A stretch of DNA of 64,000 bases from positions 3,337-67,336 of the forward strand of contig JAYEFY010000030.1 in NCBI GenBank assembly GCA_034658815.1, given 5' to 3'. This DNA is from Patescibacteria group bacterium (GTDB taxonomy: Bacteria; Patescibacteriota; Minisyncoccia; Moranbacterales; DUUL01). The notes below the pieces were generated by a model that saw nothing but the letters and a program-made list of their open reading frames with translations, had not been told where the DNA came from and did not search any database. This document shows positions 17,363-27,359 of this stretch, piece after piece; positions within the stretch are counted from its first letter, which is position 1; each line of letters starts with the position of its first letter. A program made the translations under genes and the position numbers.

Positions 17363-19072
17363 ATGAAAAATAACTGGAATATTAACGAGCAGCCGATACT
17401 TAATAGCAGGATCTTTCCCGAGCTTGAACCGGCGACTGAACGTCTTCTGCTGATAAGAGGCATAAAAACGAAAAAACAAAAAAGATCTTTTTTTGTTGCC
17501 GATTACGAAAAAGATTCCCATGATCCCTTTTTAATGTTCGATATGGATAAGGCGGTTAACAGACTTTTACAGGCAATTAAGAATAAAGAAACTGTCTGTG
17601 TTTTTGGTGATTACGATGCTGACGGCGTGACCGCGTCAGTGATGTTGCTCGACTTTTTCCAACAAATAAATATAAACACGATCAGTTATATTCCGGACAG
17701 AAATAAGGAAGGTTATGGATTAAATAATAAAGCTATTGATTATATTAAGAAAAAAGGCGCATCCCTTATTATCACCGTAGACTGCGGCATTTCCAATGAA
17801 AAGGAGGTTGACTACGCATCGAAATTAGAAATTGACTCAATAATTCTTGACCATCACCATGTCCCATCGGCAATTCCCCGTGCCATTGCCGTTGTTGATC
17901 CAAAAAGAAATGGGGATGCGTATCCTGATAAAAACCTTGCCGGTGTTGGCGTCGCGTTCAAATTTATTCAGGCTGTTGCTTCAAAAATTTCAAAATACGA
18001 TAAACAACAATTGAAATGGTTTTTGGATATTGTGGCTATTGGAACTATCGCTGATTGCGTGCCGCTTATAGGTGAAAACAGAATGTTAGCGAAATACGGC
18101 CTATTGGTTTTATCGAAAACAAAACGTGTTGGTCTGCGGCAGTTGTTTCATGTTGGACGTATCGCGATCAGCGAATCGCGTGTTCCGAGCGCTGAAGTTA
18201 TTTCTTTTCAAATTGCACCGCGCATCAACGCGGCCGGAAGGATGGATCATGCGAGCATAGCGCAAGAATTGTTACTTTGCAAGGCTGCGGAAGAATCAAC
18301 GGCTCGACTTTTAGCGCTGGATCTTGAGGACAAAAACAATCATCGCCAGAAGGTTACAAAAGAGGTTGTGCGGCAAGTTCGAAAACAGTATCTTGGCGGC
18401 AAAAAACCGCATAATATTATTATCGCAACGTCGCCGCACTGGGAGCTTGGAATTGTCGGATTAGCTTCTGGAAAAATAACCGAGGAATTTCGAAAACCTT
18501 CAATTTTATTGAAAGAATTTGATGAATATTTCAAAGGTTCGGGAAGATCGGTGCGCGGATTCAATCTTATTGAAGCGCTTGAGCGCCAGAAAGATCTGCT
18601 TGTGAAATATGGCGGACACCCGCGAGCTGCCGGGTTTGAAATAACAAAACAGAATTTTGAACTTTTTACCGAAAATATTCAGTGCGATGCTGATTCATTG
18701 CCGAAAGATCTATTTGTCAAACAGATAACCATTGACTTGGATTTGTCGATAAATGAACTGAATTTGAAATTTCTTGACGAACTTGATCAGTTTGGGCCGT
18801 TTGGTGAAAAAAATCGCTGTCCGCTATTTCTTACCAGCAATCTTCGAATTATACGAAAAAGAACGGTTGGAAATGGTGAAGCGCATCTTAAGTTGATATG
18901 CGCTGACAACGATGACTCCAATACCATTGTTGAAGCAATTGGCTTTGGAATCGCGAAAGATTACCAGTCTTTATCGGAAGGCGACAAAATTAATCTTGTT
19001 TACCGTTTAGAGCGGAATATTTGGAATGGAAAAGAGTCAATTCAGGCAAGGATAGAAGATATAGAATTATAA
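17363..19072 (+). CDS. recJ: single-stranded-DNA-specific exonuclease RecJ
   Basis: DHH motifs VFGDYDADGVTAS and ILDHHH. DHHA1 region GGHPRAAG. The start abuts the stop of the response regulator. Confidence 0.85.
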   Translation: MKNNWNINEQPILNSRIFPELEPATERLLLIRGIKTKKQKRSFFVADYEKDSHDPFLMFDMDKAVNRLLQAIKNKETVCVFGDYDADGVTASVMLLDFFQQININTISYIPDRNKEGYGLNNKAIDYIKKKGASLIITVDCGISNEKEVDYASKLEIDSIILDHHHVPSAIPRAIAVVDPKRNGDAYPDKNLAGVGVAFKFIQAVASKISKYDKQQLKWFLDIVAIGTIADCVPLIGENRMLAKYGLLVLSKTKRVGLRQLFHVGRIAISESRVPSAEVISFQIAPRINAAGRMDHASIAQELLLCKAAEESTARLLALDLEDKNNHRQKVTKEVVRQVRKQYLGGKKPHNIIIATSPHWELGIVGLASGKITEEFRKPSILLKEFDEYFKGSGRSVRGFNLIEALERQKDLLVKYGGHPRAAGFEITKQNFELFTENIQCDADSLPKDLFVKQITIDLDLSINELNLKFLDELDQFGPFGEKNRCPLFLTSNLRIIRKRTVGNGEAHLKLICADNDDSNTIVEAIGFGIAKDYQSLSEGDKINLVYRLERNIWNGKESIQARIEDIEL

Positions 19073-19375
19073 AGCTCCGCGTGTTTACGCGCGCAGTTCA
19101 TTATTTCTTAGGCGTAGCAAGATCTGTTGAAGCAGAAGAGCGGCAATATTGTAAATAACGCTCTAATCTCTAACATATAAACTGAAAATTTGTGCCGCGA
19201 ACTTCCTGAATTGATAAGCCATGCAAGCCATACGATTATTGACCGAACTTCAATTTTTCGCTATAGTAAAAGGGAGTTTCGTTATAGCGACTATTCCCAA
19301 ACCGGCTTCATTAGCAAAGATTTTTGGCAGGAGCCGGCTTGGGATCAATTTTTTATAATGACATTTTATGCTCTA

Positions 19376-19447
19376 AGGCCCTATCGTCTAGTGGCTAGGA
19401 CGCAAGGTTCTCATCCTTGTAACAGGGGTTCGATTCCCCTTAGGGCT
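19376..19447 (+). tRNA. tRNA-Glu (anticodon CUC)
   Basis: Manual cloverleaf. Acceptor GGCCCTA/TAGGGCT. D-arm GTCT..GGAC. Anticodon stem CAAGG/CCTTG with loop TTCTCAT. T-arm AGGGG-TTCGATT-CCCCT. Discriminator A. Confidence 0.8.
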
Positions 19448-19503
19448 ACGTTAACTGTCAGCAGATAATTTGACGGCAAGAATTAATAAATAAAAAAGAA
19501 AAA

Positions 19504-20574
19504 TTGGACGCACTCAAGCTTTTAAGCGATTACCGGAAACGACTGCATCCCTATTTAGAGTGTTTTTTTAATGAAAAACTCGAGCAGGCAAAAGAAATTA
19601 ATGCGATTTCTGAAGAGGCTGTTGCAATGATTCGTGATTTTACAATGGCTGGCGGCAAACGTATTCGTCCGGCTGTAATGTATTATGGCTATCTTGCGGC
19701 AGGCGGAACAGAGCGTGAAAAAATGATAAAGACTTCCATGTCAATTGAACTTGCCCATAATTTTCTTCTTATTCATGATGATATTATAGATAATGACGAA
19801 CTTCGCCATGGCATAAAAACGATACATGAACAGTACAAAGAAATGGCTCAAAAAATGTTTCCTAAAACAGACCCTGTTCACTTTGGAAATTCAATGGCAA
19901 TAGTCACCGGTGATATGACAGCGTCAATGAGCAATGAGATCATGTTTACTGCTGATTTTCCCGCCGAGTATATTGTGAAAGCGCTAAATAAGCTGCAGCA
20001 GGTTGTTTACGCCACTATTCCCGGAGAAATGGTGGATGTTATGTTGGAAGCCAGGGGAAGAGCGACAGAAGAGGAGATTATGAATATGTATGAAGCAAAA
20101 ACCGCGTGCTACACATTCGAAGGACCTTTGCACTTGGGAGCAATTCTTGCGAAAGCAAATGATGGGATACTTAAAAAATTTACCGATTATTCAATTCCAC
20201 TTGGAATTGCCTTTCAGATTCGTGACGATAGCCTGGGTATCTTTGGACAGCAAGAAAAGCTTGGAAAGCCTGTCGGTTCGGATATTATTGAGGGAAAGCA
20301 AACAATTCTTATAGTCAAGGCGCTTGAAATGGGCGATAAAGAGCAAAGAAAAACTATCTTGCGCCTTCTTGGAAAAGAAGATATAAGCGAAAGCGAGATT
20401 GAAATATTCAGAAATATAATCAGAGAAACGGGATCGCTGGATTATGCTTATGATCTTTCCGATAAACTAGTGAACAGATCTTTAGAGGCATTTTCAGTAA
20501 TGGATATTCAGCATAAGGAATCAAAAATTTTTCTCGAAGGCATTGCCCGTTTCATCATAGAACGGCAATATTAA
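19504..20574 (+). CDS. trans-polyprenyl diphosphate synthase (GGPP/FPP synthase family)
   Basis: FARM LIHDDIIDNDELRHG and SARM FQIRDDSLG. TTG start as called; an internal ATG start is possible. Confidence 0.8.
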   Translation: MDALKLLSDYRKRLHPYLECFFNEKLEQAKEINAISEEAVAMIRDFTMAGGKRIRPAVMYYGYLAAGGTEREKMIKTSMSIELAHNFLLIHDDIIDNDELRHGIKTIHEQYKEMAQKMFPKTDPVHFGNSMAIVTGDMTASMSNEIMFTADFPAEYIVKALNKLQQVVYATIPGEMVDVMLEARGRATEEEIMNMYEAKTACYTFEGPLHLGAILAKANDGILKKFTDYSIPLGIAFQIRDDSLGIFGQQEKLGKPVGSDIIEGKQTILIVKALEMGDKEQRKTILRLLGKEDISESEIEIFRNIIRETGSLDYAYDLSDKLVNRSLEAFSVMDIQHKESKIFLEGIARFIIERQY

Positions 20575-20587
20575 TTAATATACACCA

Positions 20588-21316
20588 ATGACAGCAGGCA
20601 AATTTACAATTCCTAACCATGTAGCTATTATTCCTGACGGCAACAGGCGATGGGCTAAACGAAGATCACTTAAACCATGGAAAGGACATGACGTAGGCGC
20701 GCGAAGAACAGAAGAGCTTATTAAAGAAGCATTTAATGTTGGCATACGACATTTGACTTTTTGGGGATCATCAAGAGATAATATTCAAAAACGTCCACTG
20801 GTTGAAAAAAGGGTGCTACTTAGCATTTACGGGCAATATTTTAAGAAACTTATTGAGAGCGATGAAGTCTATGAAAAACAGGTGCGCATTGATATTATCG
20901 GGAAATGGAAAAAGCAATTTCCAAAAAAGTTAGTGAATATACTGTCCGAAGCTGTTGAAAGAACAAAGCACCATTCAAAGTATTTTTTAACGTTCTTGCT
21001 TGCGTATAATGGTGATGACGATATCATTTTTGCGGCGCAAAAACTGGTTGAAAAAGCGCATCTCTTAAAAAAACAATTTAAAGTAACAAAATCGGAACTT
21101 AAATCACAATTAATGACATCGCGGATCCCCAATGTCGATTTGTTGATTCGAACCGGTGTTGAAAATGATCCTCACAACAGCACCGGGTTTTTGATGTGGC
21201 AGACTCGCAACACACAGTATTATTTTTCCGATCTTATGTATCCTGATTTTTCCGCTTCTGAATTTCGAAAGGCTGTGAAAAATTTTTCCAAAAGAGCGAG
21301 AAGATTTGGAAGCTAG
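20588..21316 (+). CDS. uppS: isoprenyl transferase (undecaprenyl-diphosphate synthase, cis-IPPS)
   Basis: Signature HVAIIPDGNRRWA and DLLIRTGVEN. Confidence 0.9.
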   Translation: MTAGKFTIPNHVAIIPDGNRRWAKRRSLKPWKGHDVGARRTEELIKEAFNVGIRHLTFWGSSRDNIQKRPLVEKRVLLSIYGQYFKKLIESDEVYEKQVRIDIIGKWKKQFPKKLVNILSEAVERTKHHSKYFLTFLLAYNGDDDIIFAAQKLVEKAHLLKKQFKVTKSELKSQLMTSRIPNVDLLIRTGVENDPHNSTGFLMWQTRNTQYYFSDLMYPDFSASEFRKAVKNFSKRARRFGS

Positions 21317-21358
21317 TTTGGAAACAATTTCATAACTATAAAAATTAACAATTTACGC

Positions 21359-21673
21359 ATGGCACTTGAATTGAATGACAAAAATTTTGAAGACAAAATT
21401 CTTAAAGGCGACAAGATCGCACTTGTTGATTTTTGGGCTCCATGGTGCGGACCCTGTCAAATGATGAGCTCGATCATCGAAGAAACAGCAAAAGAGATTG
21501 GCGGCAAGGCGGTTGTTGGAAAACTTAACGTTGATGAAAGTCCGGAAACTGCCCAAAAATACGGCGTAATGTCAATTCCAACGGTTATCATTTTTAAGAA
21601 CGGAGAGATCGCCAAACAAATAGTTGGTGTTCAGTCAAAGGAAGTTCTGCTTGACGAACTCAAAAACGCATAG
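21359..21673 (+). CDS. trxA: thioredoxin
   Basis: WAPWCGPCQ active site. 104 aa. Confidence 0.9.
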   Translation: MALELNDKNFEDKILKGDKIALVDFWAPWCGPCQMMSSIIEETAKEIGGKAVVGKLNVDESPETAQKYGVMSIPTVIIFKNGEIAKQIVGVQSKEVLLDELKNA

Positions 21674-21750
21674 CATAAAATGGTTCAAGGTTCAAGGCAG
21701 GAGCCATTGAATTTACAAGAAAACAATCCCATAATAATTTTCAGAATATA

Positions 21751-22704
21751 ATGTACGATCTTATTATTCTTGGCGCTGGTCCTGCCGGACTGACTGCTTC
21801 GATTTATGCTTCAAGATATGGCATTGATCATGTTTTGATTGGCGCTGAAACTGGAGGATATTTGAATGAAATTCATAAAGTTGAAAATTATCCGGGGCTT
21901 CCAAGCATTGCCGGATTTGACTTAGCGCAAAAAATGAAAGAGCATGTTGAATCATTTGGTGATTATATCAGACAAGGGACGATCAGGAATATTACCAGGA
22001 CGGAAAAAGGATTTGAACTCGAAACTGAAAAAAAGAAAACTTATCTGGCAAAACATCTCATATATTCGATTGGGACAACATGCAGGAAGCTTAACATTTT
22101 GGGAGAGGATGACTTTTTGGGCAAAGGCGTGTCGTACTGCGCGACGTGTGACGGCCCATTTTTCAAGAAAAAGGATGTGATTGTCATCGGTGGAGGAAAT
22201 TCAGCTGCTATGGCGGCGCTGATGCTTTCCGGATATGCAAAAACAGTTACTATCGTTTATCGCAGGGAATTGTTAAGATGCGATCCGGCATATGCCGATA
22301 AAATAGAAGAAGCCGGCAATATTACCGTTTTATACAATACAGTCGTAGAAGAAATTAACGGGAAAATGGCCGTCCAAAGCGTAATACTGAAAACAAAAGG
22401 GAAGAAGTCAACTTTTAAGACAGACGGGGTGTTTATTGAGATCGGTTCTGATCCGAATCGTGAAATAATCTCCAAGCTAAATGTTATGACTGACAAATTT
22501 GGATATGTTATCACTAAACCGGATCAATCGACAAATGTTCCGGGATTTTATGCTGCCGGCGATATTACTACGAATTCGAATGGTTTCAGACAAATAATTA
22601 CAGCGGCATCCGAAGGAGCTATCGCGGCACTCTCAGTTTTCGAGAACATTAAGGGAGCTGTTGCCAAATCAGCTACTGCTAAAATAAGTACTAAAGGCAA
22701 GTAG
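21751..22704 (+). CDS. trxB: thioredoxin-disulfide reductase
   Basis: FAD motif GAGPAGLTAS, redox CATCDG and NADPH motif GGGNSA. Confidence 0.85.
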   Translation: MYDLIILGAGPAGLTASIYASRYGIDHVLIGAETGGYLNEIHKVENYPGLPSIAGFDLAQKMKEHVESFGDYIRQGTIRNITRTEKGFELETEKKKTYLAKHLIYSIGTTCRKLNILGEDDFLGKGVSYCATCDGPFFKKKDVIVIGGGNSAAMAALMLSGYAKTVTIVYRRELLRCDPAYADKIEEAGNITVLYNTVVEEINGKMAVQSVILKTKGKKSTFKTDGVFIEIGSDPNREIISKLNVMTDKFGYVITKPDQSTNVPGFYAAGDITTNSNGFRQIITAASEGAIAALSVFENIKGAVAKSATAKISTKGK

Positions 22705-22705
22705 A

Positions 22706-23842
22706 ATGAATCCACTATCCTTAAGCAAGAACGGCAAACTCAATATAACGTCAAAAATAAAGCTTACCTCAAAAAATATTTCCTCAATTTACACGCCGGG
22801 CATTGCTGATGTTGTGGCTGAGATCACAAAAGATCGCAGCAAAGTTTATGATCTTACATGGAAAGGGCGAACTGTCGCGATCGTGAGTGACGGCAGCGCT
22901 ATTTTGGGGCTTGGAAATCGCGGTCCGGAAGCGGCGCTACCGGTTATGGAGGCAAAAGCAGTACTTTTTCGAGAATTAGGCGGTATCAATGCCATACCAT
23001 TGGTCATCGACACACAAAACGAAAATGAAATTATTAAATTCGTTAAAATGATATCGCCGGGATTTGGCGGAATTAACCTTGAAGACATTTCGGCGCCCAG
23101 ATGTTTTACCATTGAAGAAAAACTTAAAAAGTCTCTTAATATTCCGGTTTTTCACGATGATCAGCATGGAACAGCTATTGTTGTTCTTGCCGGACTTTTG
23201 AATGCGGCAAAAGTAGTTCGAAAAAATTTAAAAAAATGCTCCGTTGTAATTTCCGGCGCTGGCGCTGCCGGAATCGCGATCACGAGCCTTCTTTTACGTT
23301 ACGGTTTGAATAATATTGTGGTCTTTGACTCAAGAGGCCCGCTGTACGAGAGGCGCAAGGCTCAAATGAATTTTGCCAAAAAGAAAATTGCCAGCCATAC
23401 TAATCTGAAAAATTTTCGAGGCACGCTTCATGAAGCGCTTAAAGGAACAGACATTTTTATTGGAGTATCTGCGCCAAACATCATTGGCAGTTCTGATGTC
23501 AAACAAATGTCACGAAAGCCGATCGTGTTCGCCTTGGCTAATCCGTGTCCAGAAATAATGTCCGGTGAGGCCAAGAAAGGCGGCGCCGCGGTTATCGCGA
23601 CCGGACGATCGGATCTTGGCAATCAAATCAATAATGCTTTGGTGTTTCCGGGAATATTTAAAGGAGCATTGCTTTCACGCACCGTGCTGATTACCGACGA
23701 AATAAAAATAAAAGCCGCCCAAGCCCTTTCGGCGATCGTTAAAAATCCTGCTCCGGCAAGAATTATTCCCGGAGTGATGGACAAACGAGCTGTTAATGTA
23801 ATGGCGAATATTTTTAAGCGGCCTCATGCCAAACCGCGATAA
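22706..23842 (+). CDS. NAD(P)-dependent malic enzyme (short form)
   Basis: Blocks VAIVSDGSAILGLGN, FHDDQHGTA and GAGAAGIA. Confidence 0.8.
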   Translation: MNPLSLSKNGKLNITSKIKLTSKNISSIYTPGIADVVAEITKDRSKVYDLTWKGRTVAIVSDGSAILGLGNRGPEAALPVMEAKAVLFRELGGINAIPLVIDTQNENEIIKFVKMISPGFGGINLEDISAPRCFTIEEKLKKSLNIPVFHDDQHGTAIVVLAGLLNAAKVVRKNLKKCSVVISGAGAAGIAITSLLLRYGLNNIVVFDSRGPLYERRKAQMNFAKKKIASHTNLKNFRGTLHEALKGTDIFIGVSAPNIIGSSDVKQMSRKPIVFALANPCPEIMSGEAKKGGAAVIATGRSDLGNQINNALVFPGIFKGALLSRTVLITDEIKIKAAQALSAIVKNPAPARIIPGVMDKRAVNVMANIFKRPHAKPR

Positions 23843-23943
23843 GCAAGAGCATGGTAAAGTTGCATTGTTTTCTGTTTTTGTTACACTGGAATCATGGAAA
23901 GTTATTTAAGGACTGTTTCCAATTAAGAATTTAACCGGCAAAG

Positions 23944-24384
23944 ATGAAAGTTGTATTGCTAAAAGATGTTGAAAATGTCGGAGAAGCGGGAGGGGTCAGA
24001 ACCGTTGCCGATGGTTTTGCGCGAAATTTTCTTATTCCAAACAAGCTTGCGGAACCGGCTACTGCCGTAAATCTTGCGTATTCTAAAAAAGCCGCAAAGG
24101 AGCGAACGCGGAAGACAGAAAAAGAGCTTGTACAAGCGCAAAAAGATGCAGAGAGAATCGACGGAGAAGAATTTATATTTAGCGTAAAAACCGACGAGGA
24201 TAAACTGTTCGGATCCATTGACAAAAAAGCGATAATTGAAAAAGTGAATGAACTCGAAATAAAGATCGATGAATCATCGATAGAACTTGACAAACCTATT
24301 AAAGAATTAGGAGAGTTTCCAATAAAGTTTTTTTTCAACCATGGAATCGAGGCGAATGCGAAAGTGATCATTGAGAAAGAATAG
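23944..24384 (+). CDS. rplI: 50S ribosomal protein L9
   Basis: MKVVLLKDVENVGEAG N-terminus typical of L9. Confidence 0.85.
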   Translation: MKVVLLKDVENVGEAGGVRTVADGFARNFLIPNKLAEPATAVNLAYSKKAAKERTRKTEKELVQAQKDAERIDGEEFIFSVKTDEDKLFGSIDKKAIIEKVNELEIKIDESSIELDKPIKELGEFPIKFFFNHGIEANAKVIIEKE

Positions 24385-24638
24385 GTTATAGTGGGCTTTC
24401 ATTATATCAAGAGACTGTTCCCGGGCATCATTTTTACTGCAAGAGCGTGTTCAGGAACAATCCCATTAAAGTCGTTAGCTATTTCAGGGGTGGCGGCTTT
24501 TTGTATATTCAAAAAGTATTAAGTGGCTGTTTTCAAACTAGCTTCCGCCAAAAAATGTTCTGAGCGCTTGGAGTTCGTAATGAAATTTCATAGTTTTTTA
24601 TTGGCAAAGCTGAGTTGAAGACAGCCAAGTAAAATGAA

Positions 24639-26288
24639 ATGAAAAGAAAAAACTCGAAAAAAAATGCCAAATATATTTTTGTATTTGGAGGCGTCATGTC
24701 CGGAATCGGAAAAGGCATAGCAGTCTCATCAATTGCAAAGATAATCCAAGCGAGAGGGTTTAATGTCACAGCCATTAAAATTGATCCTTACGTTAATGTT
24801 GATGCCGGAACTATGAATCCGACAGAACACGGAGAAGTTTTTGTTTTAGCAAGCGGGCTTGAAACAGACCAAGATATGGGGAATTACGAACGTTTTTTAA
24901 GTACCACGCTCCCGCCAACAAATTATATGACAACCGGGAGTGTTTATCGGCATGTCATCCAAAAAGAACGTGATCTTGAATACGAGGGCAAGTGTGTTCA
25001 AGTGATCCCTCATGTCACAGGCGAGGTTATTGAAACCATTGAAAACGCGGCCTCTGTCAACAAATCTGAAATTGTGATCATTGAAGTTGGCGGAACAACC
25101 GGTGACTATGAAAACGACATGTTTACTGAAGCTGCCCGGCAAATGAAAATGCGTCATCCAGACAATGTCTTATTTGTGATGATCAGTTATGTTCCGTATC
25201 CGAATAAGATCGGTGAAATGAAAACAAAGCCGACCCAGCAAGCGGTTCGATCTTTGAATTCTGCCGGAGTACAACCGGATATTATCATTGCCAGATCCGA
25301 GCAGGATATTGATAAAAAACGCAAAGAAAAAATTTCTCTTTTTTGCAATGTGAGCGATGAAGAAGTTATCTCAGCTCCCGATGTCAGTTCAATTTATGAA
25401 GTGCCTCTTAATTTTGAAAAGGACGATCTTAGCTCGATCATTCTAAAAAAACTCTCGATTCAAATAAAGCAAATAAATCTTAAAAAATGGAAAAGATTTG
25501 TTAATAAAATAAACAATGCAAAAATTCCTGTAAAGATCGGTATAGTGGGAAAGTATTTCGGGACAGGTGATTGTATTCTTTCCGATTCTTATATTTCAGT
25601 GATTGAGGCGATCAAGCATGCCTCGTACTCCCAAGATCGTGTTCCGGATATCCAATGGATCAATTCGGAAGTGTATGAAAGAGATCCGCGGAAACTGCGT
25701 GAATTGGAAAGTTTTAATGGAATTATTGTTCCCGGAGGCTTCGGTGAACGTGGAGTTGAAGGGAAAATTGCCGCCATTCAATATGCGCGCGAGCACAGGA
25801 TACCATATCTTGGCCTATGCTATGGAATGCAGCTTATGATTATTGAGTTTGCCCGCAATGTTGCAGGCCTAAAGGATGCGCATACTACGGAAATAAAACC
25901 GCGAACAAAATGTCCGGTAATTGATCTTATGATCGAACAAAAGAAAAATATGCAGGAGCATCACTACGGCGCGACAATGCGTTTAGGAAATTATCCATGC
26001 AAGATCAAGAAAGGCACAAAAGCCTTTAAAGCATACAAAAAAACAAATATTGAAGAACGGCACCGCCATCGTTACGAGGTTAATCCGCGATACATTAGAC
26101 AACTGGGGAAAGCCGGGCTTATATTTTCAGGAATCTCTCCAAATAAACAGCTTATGGAAATTGCCGAGCTTTCCCCAAGTACGCATCCATTTATGATGGG
26201 AAGCCAATTCCATCCCGAGTTTACATCAACTCCGTTAAGACCGGGCTCTTTGTTTTTTCAATTTATCAAAGCGGCAAAGAATGCGTAA
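24639..26288 (+). CDS. pyrG: CTP synthase
   Basis: KYIFVFGGVMSGIGKGI N-terminus and a glutamine amidotransferase C-domain (GLCYGMQ). Confidence 0.95.
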   Translation: MKRKNSKKNAKYIFVFGGVMSGIGKGIAVSSIAKIIQARGFNVTAIKIDPYVNVDAGTMNPTEHGEVFVLASGLETDQDMGNYERFLSTTLPPTNYMTTGSVYRHVIQKERDLEYEGKCVQVIPHVTGEVIETIENAASVNKSEIVIIEVGGTTGDYENDMFTEAARQMKMRHPDNVLFVMISYVPYPNKIGEMKTKPTQQAVRSLNSAGVQPDIIIARSEQDIDKKRKEKISLFCNVSDEEVISAPDVSSIYEVPLNFEKDDLSSIILKKLSIQIKQINLKKWKRFVNKINNAKIPVKIGIVGKYFGTGDCILSDSYISVIEAIKHASYSQDRVPDIQWINSEVYERDPRKLRELESFNGIIVPGGFGERGVEGKIAAIQYAREHRIPYLGLCYGMQLMIIEFARNVAGLKDAHTTEIKPRTKCPVIDLMIEQKKNMQEHHYGATMRLGNYPCKIKKGTKAFKAYKKTNIEERHRHRYEVNPRYIRQLGKAGLIFSGISPNKQLMEIAELSPSTHPFMMGSQFHPEFTSTPLRPGSLFFQFIKAAKNA

Positions 26289-26373
26289 ATATCCAAAAAA
26301 ACCGATTCGTGAAGTTCTACAGACTTACGTCTGGAGCTTTTTGGCGCATGGGTAAAATTTCAAAATAAAACAC

Positions 26374-26405
26374 AAAAGACAGCCGCGCGAACGCGGCTGT
26401 CTTTT
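26374..26405. terminator. bidirectional rho-independent terminator (14-bp stem, loop CGAA)
   Basis: The sequence aaaagacagccgcg-cgaa-cgcggctgtctttt lies between convergent pyrG and rpmA. Confidence 0.7.
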
Positions 26406-26423
26406 AATCAGAAAAAAATACAG

Positions 26424-26696
26424 CTATTTCACTTCAATGTATTTTGTTTTTTTCATTTTACCTGTGAATCGGGTAACTTTTTTTGTGAGAAATTTCACAA
26501 CTCCGCTTTTAAGCGCGATAATAGTGTCATCACCGGTTCTTTTCGTATTTCTTCCCGGTCGAAATTTTGTGCCTCTTTGGCGAATGAGTATTTCTCCACA
26601 GTTCACTTCTTGCCCGCCAAAACGCTTTACGCCAAGATATTTTGGTTTGGAGTCGCGTCCAAGCGAAGTCGAACCGCCTGCTTTTCTATGGGCCAT
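26424..26696 (-). CDS. rpmA: 50S ribosomal protein L27
   Basis: [17 protein letters not shown]-terminus. Confidence 0.9.
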   Translation of the reverse strand: MAHRKAGGSTSLGRDSKPKYLGVKRFGGQEVNCGEILIRQRGTKFRPGRNTKRTGDDTIIALKSGVVKFLTKKVTRFTGKMKKTKYIEVK

Positions 26697-26819
26697 TTTT
26701 ATTTATAAAACAGAAAAGCAAAGTCTGCCGCCCTTCTGCCTTTTTCTTACGATTTATGCTACACTATACCTAAAATACTTGAAAAATAAACAATCTAATC
26801 ATAATAGCATTTATGCCGT

Positions 26820-27263
26820 ATGTCAAATAAAATATGTGACTTTTGGAAAGCACATGACACTAAAATACTTACTGTTCTAGCGATTGTCTTAGTGGCTGTT
26901 GTCGCTTTTCGCGCCGGACAGACACAGGAAAGAGAGAATGTCGCCGCCAATATAAATGTTTCGATCAATCCGCTCACAGCGGCGAATCCGGCAGAGCAAA
27001 AAGTAAAAACGCTCGGAGAAACGCTTCAGCGCAAAGGGATCTCAATGAACGAAATTAACGGCGAATCCCAAAAGCAGGGAAGTACGGATACGCAAAACAA
27101 AGAATGTGTCTTTGTGGGAAGCAAGAATTCCAATAAATACCATTTTCCAACTTGTAGCTATGCCAAGCGCATAAAACCGGCAAATATAGTCTGTTTTTCC
27201 GGCGAAGAAGACGCCAAAAGCAAAGGCTACGTTCCCGCCGGATGCTGCGTGGGGAAGAAATAA
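26820..27263 (+). CDS. membrane-anchored hypothetical protein with C-terminal His/Cys-containing putative metal-binding domain
   Basis: One TM helix, then a low-complexity linker. The C-terminus reads KYHFPTCSYAKRIKPANIVCFSGEEDAKSKGYVPAGCC. Confidence 0.4.
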   Translation: MSNKICDFWKAHDTKILTVLAIVLVAVVAFRAGQTQERENVAANINVSINPLTAANPAEQKVKTLGETLQRKGISMNEINGESQKQGSTDTQNKECVFVGSKNSNKYHFPTCSYAKRIKPANIVCFSGEEDAKSKGYVPAGCCVGKK

Positions 27264-27359
27264 CCTTGCTGAACATATCAGATTTGTGTTTAAGTATATA
27301 GTTGATTTTTAAGATGAGGGAGGATATAATCAGAGAAGCACAAAAAATAATTTAACCTT

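Noticed and set aside
19190-19468. 92-aa ORF
   Set aside because: It overlaps tRNA-Glu (19376-19447) and has no coding signal. Spurious.
24385-24638. 254-bp gap upstream of pyrG as riboswitch or leader
   Set aside because: Only AT-rich weak hairpins. No recognisable conserved RNA motif.
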